This document shows positions 24,114 through 32,000 of a stretch of 32,000 nt of DNA, one piece after another; positions within the stretch are counted from its first letter, which is position 1; each line of letters begins with the position of its first letter. The stretch lies in contig NZ_CP064925.1 in assembly GCF_018336915.1 (NCBI RefSeq), positions 150,001-182,000 of the forward strand, given 5' to 3'. Source of the stretch: Acaryochloris marina S15 (lineage in GTDB: Bacteria > Cyanobacteriota > Cyanobacteriia > Thermosynechococcales > Thermosynechococcaceae). The notes under the pieces are model-generated. The model did no database searches and was not told the DNA's origin. It saw only the letters and a program-made list of their open reading frames with translations. The position numbers and the translations under genes are program-made.

Positions 24114-25474
24114 ATAGCCAACAGCTTTTTCGTCGGAGTCGCCTGCGGTTAGCCGCCTGGTATGCCCTGGTCATGGGAGGGATTTTGGGCCTATTGGGCT
24201 TGGGAATGGCCCACATTCTGGTGCAAGCGAACTGGGCCGCACTAGAGCGTGAAATTGAGTCCAGTGCGGGGACGTTGCACGATAGCCTAGAACCAATGCT
24301 GCCCCCTGCACAAGACCCGACAGGGGTGCTGCAGCAAATCTTTCCTGATCTGTGTGTAGTAGAGCAACCCTGTGAACCTAATCCATCTCTGATTCAACGC
24401 CACACCTTAGGAATTAGCGATCGGACCACGTATTACATTCGCCTATTCGATAACCAGGGAAACCTGCTGGCCTATTCCCCCAATCAGCCAGAATCGCTGT
24501 CTTCCACCCTAAACCCCGATACCTGGCAAACCCTACAAACCAAAGATAGCCACCGCTATCACCAGTTCACCACCATTCTTCACGGTGCGGCCCACACCCA
24601 TGCTCTCGATGAGGAACCTCACAAAGCTCCCTCCTGGGGATATCTTCAGGTGGGACGGACCCTTGCCGCTTTTGATGCAGAACGGCAGCGGTTGCAGTGG
24701 ATTTTAATTGGGGGCTTACCCTTGGCATTGGGGTTGGTTGCCGTTTCGAGTTGGTGGCTATCGGGTAGGGCAATGCAGCCGATTTATCAGTCCTACCGAC
24801 AGCAGCAGCAGTTTACCGCCAATGCTGCCCATGAGTTGCGGTCGCCCCTTGCCAGCCTTCTTGCTACGGTAGAAGCTATTCTCCGTCTACCACCAACACA
24901 GTCGGAACAAGTGCCAACGTTGTTGAAAACGGTGGAGCGTCAGGGTCATCGTTTAAGTCAGCTTGTGACCGATCTTCTCTTGTTGACCAGTCTGGAGCAA
25001 AATACTACGGCACAACCGCCCCAACCTTGCTGCTTGAACGATATCGTTGCCGACTTGGCAGAGGAATTTGCAGAGTTAGCTGCCACAACCCAAATCCATC
25101 TCAATCATCAGATACCCGATATCGAAATCCGCATCATGGGTCAGGAATCGCAACTCTATCGCCTGGTGTCTAACCTGATGGCCAATGCGATTCAGTACAC
25201 GCCACCAGGTGGTTCGGTCATGGTGTGTTTAGCTGCTCACGATCGTATTGCCACTATTGCCGTCAAAGATACGGGAATTGGCATTCCTCTAGAAGCGCAA
25301 AGCCATGTTTTTGAACGCTTTTATCGAGTGAACAGCGATCGCTCTCGTCAAACTGGGGGTATGGGGTTAGGACTTGCCATTGCTAAAGCAATTGTGCAAC
25401 GGCACCGGGGGCAACTTGCCCTTGATAGTGAGATGGGGCAAGGCAGTGTATTTACTATTTCGCTTCCTTCTTGA
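24110..25474 (+). CDS. sensor histidine kinase with periplasmic sensor domain (module 2)
   Basis: A paralog of the HK at 16007, with H-box FTANAAHELRSPLA, N-box LMANAIQYTP and G-boxes KDTGIGI and GGMGLGLAIA. Confidence 0.9.
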   Translation: MNSQQLFRRSRLRLAAWYALVMGGILGLLGLGMAHILVQANWAALEREIESSAGTLHDSLEPMLPPAQDPTGVLQQIFPDLCVVEQPCEPNPSLIQRHTLGISDRTTYYIRLFDNQGNLLAYSPNQPESLSSTLNPDTWQTLQTKDSHRYHQFTTILHGAAHTHALDEEPHKAPSWGYLQVGRTLAAFDAERQRLQWILIGGLPLALGLVAVSSWWLSGRAMQPIYQSYRQQQQFTANAAHELRSPLASLLATVEAILRLPPTQSEQVPTLLKTVERQGHRLSQLVTDLLLLTSLEQNTTAQPPQPCCLNDIVADLAEEFAELAATTQIHLNHQIPDIEIRIMGQESQLYRLVSNLMANAIQYTPPGGSVMVCLAAHDRIATIAVKDTGIGIPLEAQSHVFERFYRVNSDRSRQTGGMGLGLAIAKAIVQRHRGQLALDSEMGQGSVFTISLPS

Positions 25475-25584
25475 TAATCAGCCATTCTGAGCCTGTTCTA
25501 TGCAGGCATTGGTTTGAATCTAGTCGGGGTAAATTCCCCGTAAAAGAGTCCATGACTTGTTCCTCAATTCTCGATCCCCTCAAA

Positions 25585-25621
25585 GCCCAAAAATCTGTTT
25601 TCGAGACTTTGGGCCTTTTTT
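25585..25621 (+). terminator. Rho-independent terminator candidate after the module-2 RR/HK operon
   Basis: The stem GCCCAAA (25585-25591) pairs with TTTGGGC (25608-25614) around a 16-nt loop, followed by CTTTTTT. Confidence 0.55.
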
Positions 25622-25634
25622 GACTACTTAGTGA

Positions 25635-27161
25635 TTAGACATAGCTCACATAGGATGCATCTAGATTCAGGGATTCCACAGCTGTATTTTCAACAATGGC
25701 AATTAGATCATTGCCACGATAGATACCAGCACCAGAGACGTCACCTTCAGAGGCTGCTCCTAAGCTGTATTTGTTGGCATTGCCGCTTAGCTGAATCATA
25801 TCGTCAGCCGCATTGAAGTCCGTTAAGACAGCAAATCCATCATAAACAGGAGAGTCATACGCAGAGCCACTGGCATCTCCTAAGACAAACAGATCATTGC
25901 CGATTCCACCCGTGAAGGTGTCATACCCTTCTAAATCAATCAGGGTATCGTTACCTGTACCACCCACTAGGCGGTTAGAACCCGTTCCACCGATGAGGGT
26001 ATCATCTCCCCCACGACCTTCTAGGAATCCTTCACCGACACGGGAAAGGGTGTCATCAGCGGAACCACCCGTCAAACCACTCGCAGCAGAGGTTGAATCT
26101 TGGTAAACCCGGATATTGTCAATATCAAAGCTGCTGGGAAACTCGGTAGTATCATCAGGAGATCCGGGCCAGTTGCCACCTACGGCTAAGTTCGCCAACA
26201 TATACATGGGTTGGTCAGGAACGTTCTCAGTCGTATTGAAGACTTCCATGCCATCGATAAACCAAGTCAATTCACCGGGTTGCCAGTCCACTGCAAAGGT
26301 GTGCATGCCATCCGCAAAGTCAATGCCACTAAACCAGCTACCTTCCATGCCGTGATTACCGGGCTGACTGGGATCTTGATAATGAACAGTGGTGTAGGCT
26401 GTGCTGGTGTCGTCGCCCAAGATTTCCATGATGTCAATTTCGGGGGGCCACTCACCGGATTCAGGCAGCATCCAGAAGGCTGGCCATAGTCCTTGCCCCG
26501 TAGGAGATTGGCCACTGATTTCAAAGTAACCATATGTGAAAGACATGCTGTCATGACCTGAGATCATGCCTGAGGTATAGTCAAAGGTTTTACCAGAGTC
26601 AAACCAGGTCTCTCCTTCGACGGTTTCTTCTTTAGCAACGATGGACATTACACCGTCATTGAATTCGAAGTTACCGCCGTCGGTGTAATATTGCAGTTCG
26701 TTATTGAAGGAGTTGGTGCGGCTGCCGTAGTAGTACTCGGTGTCCCACTTGGTGCGATCTAGCTCTGTACCATTGAATTCATCATTAAAGACCATGCTCC
26801 AGTTGGCTTTAGAGTCAGGATGAATCCCAGTGTCGAGATCATCATCAACGGTGACACCATCCCCAAAGTTCTTTTCCCACCCTTGGCCTTTGATGCTGTG
26901 GCCTCGCTGCCAGTTTTCAGGTTTGGGCTTGTCTAGTCCAGGAGGAGTGAAGCCATTCCCTAAGCCTAAGCCCTTCCCTTTTCCAGGGAATAGTGTTGTT
27001 GGTGTGGAATTAGAGGTATCGATGCCTGTATTGCTAGGTGAGGAAACGGGATTAGAGGTCAAACCCAAGTTTCCTTGGTTTGAGGTGAGGTCTAAAGCAT
27101 CGGGTTGTCCCATGCCCAGTTTAGATTGACCTTTGTTTCCTTTAGTTGTGGACTTAGGCAT
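25635..27161 (-). CDS. glycoside hydrolase family 16 (beta-glucanase/laminarinase-like) with C-terminal RTX calcium-binding repeats
   Basis: The GH16 catalytic motif EIDIME is encoded at 26424-26441 (context WPPEIDIMEILG). Nonapeptide repeats GRGGDDTLI, GGTGSNRLV, GGTGNDTLI and GGIGNDLFV lie at about 25875-26069. There is no N-terminal signal peptide (MPKSTTKGNKGQSKLG...). Confidence 0.8.
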   Translation of the reverse strand: MPKSTTKGNKGQSKLGMGQPDALDLTSNQGNLGLTSNPVSSPSNTGIDTSNSTPTTLFPGKGKGLGLGNGFTPPGLDKPKPENWQRGHSIKGQGWEKNFGDGVTVDDDLDTGIHPDSKANWSMVFNDEFNGTELDRTKWDTEYYYGSRTNSFNNELQYYTDGGNFEFNDGVMSIVAKEETVEGETWFDSGKTFDYTSGMISGHDSMSFTYGYFEISGQSPTGQGLWPAFWMLPESGEWPPEIDIMEILGDDTSTAYTTVHYQDPSQPGNHGMEGSWFSGIDFADGMHTFAVDWQPGELTWFIDGMEVFNTTENVPDQPMYMLANLAVGGNWPGSPDDTTEFPSSFDIDNIRVYQDSTSAASGLTGGSADDTLSRVGEGFLEGRGGDDTLIGGTGSNRLVGGTGNDTLIDLEGYDTFTGGIGNDLFVLGDASGSAYDSPVYDGFAVLTDFNAADDMIQLSGNANKYSLGAASEGDVSGAGIYRGNDLIAIVENTAVESLNLDASYVSYV

Positions 27162-27844
27162 GATGGCACTCCTGTGTGTAAACGAAATTTATGAATGGTG
27201 AAGTCAGTCACTATCAATTAGAGTGGCTGGCTTCTCCCTGAAAGTTGATGCTTTGGGCAAGAAGCCAAAAGGATTGCCAAATTTATATCAAGAGCTTTTT
27301 GAGAGCTATCGCAGTGATGATTGATTTAGAATTCATGCTCTAGCGGAGAGCACGTAATATCTGATGTAATTCATCTAGGCAGTGTGGCAAAAAATTGATT
27401 TGTTTTTGACTCGAACTTAAATACAGACTAATCGTTGTAGCTACCTTGAATGTCAAGGAACTTCTTAATAAGAAAAACTTATGTCTTCTTCTGATCTCTC
27501 AAGATTCTTTTCACGACAATATTTCAAGATTTTAATAATTTCAAGATTTCATTTAGTGTCAGATATCGCGAGATCTAAGAATATCTTTTTTAGGTATATA
27601 TTAGCTTCGCGATCAACTCTCTATTTCTTCCTGGATTTACTTTTTTTCATATAGGAGGCCAGCTCCTCGATATATGACATATCGGAGTCTTAACCCTTAA
27701 GACATCTAAAAACGACAGCCTACATAAAATCTAATAGACTGTGGAATCATCTATCCATAAGCTATTAAAGGCTTTTTAGAGCATGACGACTTAACTAAAT
27801 TAGTCAGATAAATTTGATGCTAACCTTGATATTAATCTCACATA

Positions 27845-27876
27845 TAAAAAAATCTCAATGCTATAAACATTGAGAT
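27845..27876 (-). terminator. Intrinsic terminator-like hairpin on the minus strand inside ORF-free AT-rich DNA
   Basis: A perfect 9-bp stem, ATCTCAATG (27852-27860) with CATTGAGAT (27868-27876), encloses a 7-nt loop. On the minus strand it is followed by a run of 6 T (the plus-strand A run at 27846-27851). The stem is AT-rich, so stability is modest. Confidence 0.45.
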
Positions 27877-28344
27877 CGATCCAGGTATAGGAAACTTATA
27901 TATAATCTGATAAATATTATTTTACTTAAATTAGTTTTAAGCTCTTAATGCTGTACATGTATAGATGTATTTTTGTGCAGCTAATTAAGATTAAAAATTT
28001 TGAGTTTATTAATAAAAATTTGTCATGCAAAATTCAAGATAATCCACAATATATGGCTAGTCAATATCTTGTGTCTAGCTTATAAATCTATTATGGAATA
28101 TGGATGTTTAATATGATGTCTTCGCAAAAGAAATTTGTGTATAAGAAATGTACAACAAGTATTCTTTAAACTACATCCCCCTGCCCCATCTAAGTTATGG
28201 AGTCGGTTATATCTCATTGCTTCTAAGTGTCACTGTACTTTCCGCAAGTTCGGTGGTCCCATTGGGTAAATCGCCTAAGAGACATAATTTGACGGATCGA
28301 TTGGTCGGCGTTAGAGGAGCAGGCGATACTTCAAACCCTGATGT

Positions 28345-29711
28345 CCCTGGTTCTTACGGATTTTGTGGGGTGAATTACTCAACCCCTTTTCACAACAGTG
28401 TTCCGTAGCATGTAGAGTCCATGATGCTCATACCCTTGGTCATCATGGAAATCACCAGTTCCGGACACAAAACCATTTGCCTTCCTTTTTCTTCTGAAGC
28501 CGATTACCGGAAACTGATCACTAAAGGAAGTGCCTTCCGGGAAAAACTGGATGAACTCATAGCAAAGCACCCTGAACTCTTTCCCTCCAACATTTGTGGA
28601 GGTTACTGGCTTCATGATTCCGTCTATTCCAAGAAGCTGGATATCACGACTCGTAGAATCAAATTGGTCGCCAATCAAGCGGTGTATCAAATCCGCCCCG
28701 CTTTTCTGCTGCCTTACATGGTGGGGATGACTGATGAGGTTGAGAAGGCCATGTATCTTAGGCGCTTTGGCGTACCTTTTGAAGCACTCACCTATGTCTT
28801 CGGTCATGATCCGAGCTACTGGTATCGTCTCTACCAAGGACTTGGCCGCCTCTCCATTGTGGGAACCACTGTCAAAGATACAGAAGCAATTCCAGTCAAC
28901 CTAACAGCTGACGAAAAGCATAGTTGGCTTTTAGGTGATCGCGTCTACATCCCGACGACAGTTGGTGCTGGCTGTTTTCTAGGCGTAGATATTGTCGAGA
29001 GTGCTGAAACTCCTGACTTGGTGAAAGGGTATGGCACTTTTAGAGATGAAGCCCTCAACCTAAATCCAGGCTATCAAACAGAAACGGTCACGTTAGATGG
29101 CTGGGAGCAGTCCCATTGTGCTTGGAAGATCATCTTTTCAGGCGTCGCTATTATTCTGTGCTATTTACACTCTGTTCTAGATATTCAAAAACGCTGTAGA
29201 AAGAAGAAAACACTCTGGCAGAAGCTCACAGGAAGGCTTTGGCACACTTACAAAAGTCCAACAAAACGCCACTTTGCCCAACGTTTGCGCCGACTCAGAG
29301 AATGGGCAAAACGTCATACCAAACAGAAAAGTATCCACCAACGGTTGGAAGGTATGAGGACGAAATCGAAGCAGTTTCAGATTGCTTACGATTATCCGGA
29401 TGCAGCTAGAACCAGCAACATGGTTGACAGATTAATGAATTATCAAGACCGTCTATTAAGGACGATGCAGTACTTCCACGGTTCTAAAGATGCTGCTCGA
29501 TTGTACTTGAGGTCCATGGCGTTAATCTGGAATTTCCATCCCTACGGAAAGAGAACGACATCAAAAGATCCAGAGCGGTGTTCTCCCTTCAAAGATCTCA
29601 ATGGGTTTCAATACCACAACAACTGGCTGCAGAATCTCCTGATTGCTGGATCAATGAACGGTTACAGGCAATGACTTTCAGGTCTCTCCACAAAATCCGC
29701 AAGAACGAGGG
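28345..29711 (+). mobile_element. Insertion sequence (1367 bp) with 24-bp terminal inverted repeats, family not assigned
   Basis: The left end CCCTGGTTCTTACGGATTTTGTGG (28345-28368) matches the reverse complement of the right end CCCTCGTTCTTGCGGATTTTGTGG (29688-29711) at 22 of 24 positions. ATGT is present on both flanks (28341-28344 and 29712-29715). Confidence 0.75.
28421..29674 (+). CDS. putative DDE-type transposase (possibly ISKra4-like; unverified)
   Basis: This 417-aa ORF fills the IR-bounded element. Candidate acidic-triad contexts are LTADEKHSW, VTLDGWEQSH and TSNMVDRLMN. The real start is probably MEITSSG at 28445. The family call comes from memory of similar cyanobacterial transposases, not from a search. 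Confidence 0.6.
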   Translation: MMLIPLVIMEITSSGHKTICLPFSSEADYRKLITKGSAFREKLDELIAKHPELFPSNICGGYWLHDSVYSKKLDITTRRIKLVANQAVYQIRPAFLLPYMVGMTDEVEKAMYLRRFGVPFEALTYVFGHDPSYWYRLYQGLGRLSIVGTTVKDTEAIPVNLTADEKHSWLLGDRVYIPTTVGAGCFLGVDIVESAETPDLVKGYGTFRDEALNLNPGYQTETVTLDGWEQSHCAWKIIFSGVAIILCYLHSVLDIQKRCRKKKTLWQKLTGRLWHTYKSPTKRHFAQRLRRLREWAKRHTKQKSIHQRLEGMRTKSKQFQIAYDYPDAARTSNMVDRLMNYQDRLLRTMQYFHGSKDAARLYLRSMALIWNFHPYGKRTTSKDPERCSPFKDLNGFQYHNNWLQNLLIAGSMNGYRQ

Positions 29712-29901
29712 ATGTTGAGGCAGTCAACCTTCTATAAGGAACAAGCAGCAGATAACCAGAAGACGGCTGACAACTTAGTGAAGCGAACTGCCAAAAATGC
29801 GATACAGCAGGCTAATAAGCAAAGTCAGACGGCCAGCCAAAAACAGGACCAAAAGCAGGACCAAAAACAGGCGGTGGCCCCCGGTCCTTCGTATTAATGC
29901 T

Positions 29902-32000
29902 TCAATAGCCAATTGAATAATTGTTTGACTGGTTTGGGGTCTGTTCTACTTTGAGCAGGCCCTTTCTTTTGAGTTCATCATCTAATTGCTTTTTAATCGA
30001 GTGATTTACCAGTCGAGTTGTCAGCTTATTGGCGTTCTTGTCCGCTGATATGTTTTTGTATATGTCGTGGTTCTTGTGAATGGCTAACAAGTACCGCTTA
30101 TAATCTTCAGGTTCAGCCGATCTCATGTGGTCTGACGCTGAAATAAAGCGATGGGCATCGTTGATCGTTGCGCCGTTATCAGGTGACATACAGTAGCTGT
30201 AAACCTCCATGTCCAGCCTTTCTTTAGGCATATCGCCGAATCGTTCTATAGCCTTCTTGGTAATAGCGTTGTACTGGGTTCTGTAGTGACGCTTAATCTC
30301 AGCATCAGGCCTAACAGCATTTGCGATCGCAAGGTTATAGGCTTTCGGGCCAGCTTTCACAATTAGATCGTCCAGGCCTTTCCCTAGCTCTGGCTTCCAT
30401 TGGGCAATCTTGCAGACAACGCCCCTAGTCTGCATTAGCTCTATTGTTCTCACCAAATCTCGACGCACATTTAGGATGCTCGATACCTTTGTGTCTTGGT
30501 CAAAGGCAAAAGTGATTTGCCTACCCGGTTTAGCTAGTGCCTCACCGTACTCTGTTGGTTCACGTTGGGGCAGTCGTTTGTCATACTCATTCTTAGCCCT
30601 GTATAAGGCAGTTACACCGGGTAGGCCTACGGTTAGGTGACCTTGACTCAAAGATGCCCATGTCTTTTTCAGGCCCTCAGTAATGACGATCGGTAGGTTA
30701 TATTTGTCAGCTACATACCAAACCCCCTTAGACCGCTCCTCAGCAGTTGGACTGATGCCATTACGCTGATAAATTCGTTCCTCGATTGCCAAAGGTATCT
30801 CAGGTAGAAAGACTTGTTGACCGGGTACTTTAGGCGTCTCGTATTTTATGATGTCGCCATCTTTGTCTAAGCGGGGGGTCTTAGGTTTCACTTGGCAATA
30901 CTGGGATGGTTGAGGATTGCCCTCGATGACAGAGAGTAAATCAGTGCCACCATACCCGATCCATCCTCCCACCTCGGCAATGTGGCTGTACGCTTTCTCG
31001 TGGTCATACTGGGTATGGCCGTCAACGATGGAAGCTCGGTATAGAAGGCCCTTCATCTTGCCTGTAACCTCTTGTCCAGCCCCATACTTAGATTTAGTGA
31101 ATTCGGCTTCTAAGAGAGCGGCAACTAAAGGATTATCCCGGATGGAGCCATAAGGATCGGGGTTCTCACTTCGGAGATGATTCGAGGTCAATAGGTCGGG
31201 GTGAATACCGCTGTCCTTCATTTCCTTCCATGTATCCTCATCCAAGCCATAGGGCCGCTCTTCCTTGTCATAAGTTGGACTCCAGCCCGCATGAGGATCG
31301 AATAGTATCTCTAGTGCGTTCTCTTGAGCATAGGACTGTGCAACCCACTCTTGGAGCTTACTCAGGTCCTCAGTGAATACAGTCAGATACTTAGTCTTGT
31401 TCCTGGAGATAGCCACATAGAAGGATTCTTTGGCTGAGGTAGGATTAAGGCTAGCAATGTAGAGGGTTTCTGAGTTGGTACTACCTTGTGATCGATAGGT
31501 AGTCGTGGCCCAGTCATGATCTATCTGTAGGGGCTTGGCTAGGTCTAAGTGATGTACTCGGCCATGCTTATCTTTGACCGTTGCGATCTGATCTTTGATA
31601 TCGGTACAGGTCAAAAAAGCATTATTGTGGATATCCTTCTTCATGTTGGTTGAAGTGAACCGGAGCTTATCACCAACAGCAATCTGATTGCGCCTCGTCG
31701 TGTAAACCTGAGTTAGCTTATGCTCTGCAGGATTGATGGTGAAATGCCGACCGCCCGGTGACTGGACCTTAAGTTTTTTGCCCTCCACGGCCAAGACTTT
31801 ATAAGGGACATGGGTCTGAAGCTGGGTATAGAGCCTATGTTTCTTGTGCAGTACCAGTAAATCGCCCTTGTTGTAGTTCTCGGCCCGTTTCTTCTCGGCC
31901 TTGGAGAGGTTTCTTCTCTGGAGCTGAGTAAATTCAGTATCTTTGGTAAGCTGGCCTTCCTTGATAAGCTCGGCTCTTAGGAGTTTGGTAAAGCCAAACC
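29902..32000 (-). CDS. conjugative relaxase/RecD-like helicase C-terminal region fused to a Toprim (DUF3854-like) domain; 5' part lies outside the window
   Basis: I translated the frame upstream of the track start (31794) and it stays open to base 32000 (...LSKAEKKRAENYNKGDLLVLHKKHRLYTQLQTHVPYKVLAVEG...). A helicase motif VI-like WATTTYRSQGSTNSETLYI and YVAISRNKTKYLTVFT sit at about 31400-31510. The Toprim signature is NLPIVITEGLKKTWA (Glu codon 30676-30678) with ITFAFDQD (30493-30504). Confidence 0.75.
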   Translation of the reverse strand, partial: FGFTKLLRAELIKEGQLTKDTEFTQLQRRNLSKAEKKRAENYNKGDLLVLHKKHRLYTQLQTHVPYKVLAVEGKKLKVQSPGGRHFTINPAEHKLTQVYTTRRNQIAVGDKLRFTSTNMKKDIHNNAFLTCTDIKDQIATVKDKHGRVHHLDLAKPLQIDHDWATTTYRSQGSTNSETLYIASLNPTSAKESFYVAISRNKTKYLTVFTEDLSKLQEWVAQSYAQENALEILFDPHAGWSPTYDKEERPYGLDEDTWKEMKDSGIHPDLLTSNHLRSENPDPYGSIRDNPLVAALLEAEFTKSKYGAGQEVTGKMKGLLYRASIVDGHTQYDHEKAYSHIAEVGGWIGYGGTDLLSVIEGNPQPSQYCQVKPKTPRLDKDGDIIKYETPKVPGQQVFLPEIPLAIEERIYQRNGISPTAEERSKGVWYVADKYNLPIVITEGLKKTWASLSQGHLTVGLPGVTALYRAKNEYDKRLPQREPTEYGEALAKPGRQITFAFDQDTKVSSILNVRRDLVRTIELMQTRGVVCKIAQWKPELGKGLDDLIVKAGPKAYNLAIANAVRPDAEIKRHYRTQYNAITKKAIERFGDMPKERLDMEVYSYCMSPDNGATINDAHRFISASDHMRSAEPEDYKRYLLAIHKNHDIYKNISADKNANKLTTRLVNHSIKKQLDDELKRKGLLKVEQTPNQSNNYSIGY

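Noticed and set aside
28148-28408. 86-aa ORF running into the left end of the third IS
   Set aside because: Its last third is IS sequence. Removing the IS makes the frame terminate after a few codons (…SNPDVEAVNLL*). There is no motif, and it starts in AT-rich DNA.
28379-28837. 152-aa minus-strand ORF overlapping the start of the IS transposase gene
   Set aside because: It lies antisense to the transposase ORF that fills the IR-bounded element. It has no motif and extends across the IS inverted repeat, so it is most likely spurious.
29712-29897. 61-aa Gln/Lys-rich ORF (contains a 12-bp tandem repeat CAGGACCAAAAR) between the IS and the relaxase gene
   Set aside because: Its ATG is formed by the ATGT flank at the IS junction, the sequence is low-complexity, and it converges directly on the relaxase stop. 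There is not enough support for a gene.
1-32000. Searches for CRISPR arrays, tRNA/rRNA genes and TnpB/IS200-605-type elements
   Set aside because: I saw no regularly spaced direct repeats with unique spacers, no cloverleaf-compatible segments near the integrase or IS junctions, and no rRNA-like conserved blocks. A scan by eye cannot exclude small RNAs.

Overview
This window looks like a mosaic piece of a cyanobacterial plasmid. Evidence: 8 perfect HIP1 octamers (GCGATCGC, about 0.5 expected by chance), a parA-parB partition operon, and a relaxase/helicase gene that runs off the right edge. Left to right: the end of an ISL3-type IS; a hypothetical gene; parAB; a uridine-kinase homolog; an ankyrin-repeat gene; a tyrosine-recombinase gene cleanly split by an IS256-family element; and a diverged inverted copy of that integrase's 5' end. 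A roughly 17-kb putative metal-efflux/sensing island follows, with two paralogous modules. Module 1 (8.2-17.4 kb) holds a long adaptor with an extra Met-rich C-terminal domain, a standalone lipoprotein paralog of that domain, an RND pump and a glutaredoxin-MauE membrane fusion. It also holds twin inverted MerR-type promoters and a tightly packed merR-like / response regulator / histidine kinase operon, followed by a RelE/ParE-type TA pair and a relic kinase tail. Module 2 (18.2-25.5 kb) holds an RND pump, a 211-aa adaptor that seems to keep only the membrane-proximal domain plus a C-terminal TM anchor, an IS630 insertion in the divergent regulatory region, and a second RR/HK pair. To the right are a GH16 glycosidase with RTX repeats, about 1 kb of AT-rich ORF-free DNA, a third IS with 24-bp inverted repeats, and a relaxase/helicase fused to a Toprim (DUF3854-like) domain. 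I saw no rRNA, tRNA or CRISPR array. All family assignments come from reading motifs in the translations; no database search was possible. Metal specificity and the proposed regulatory wiring are inference.
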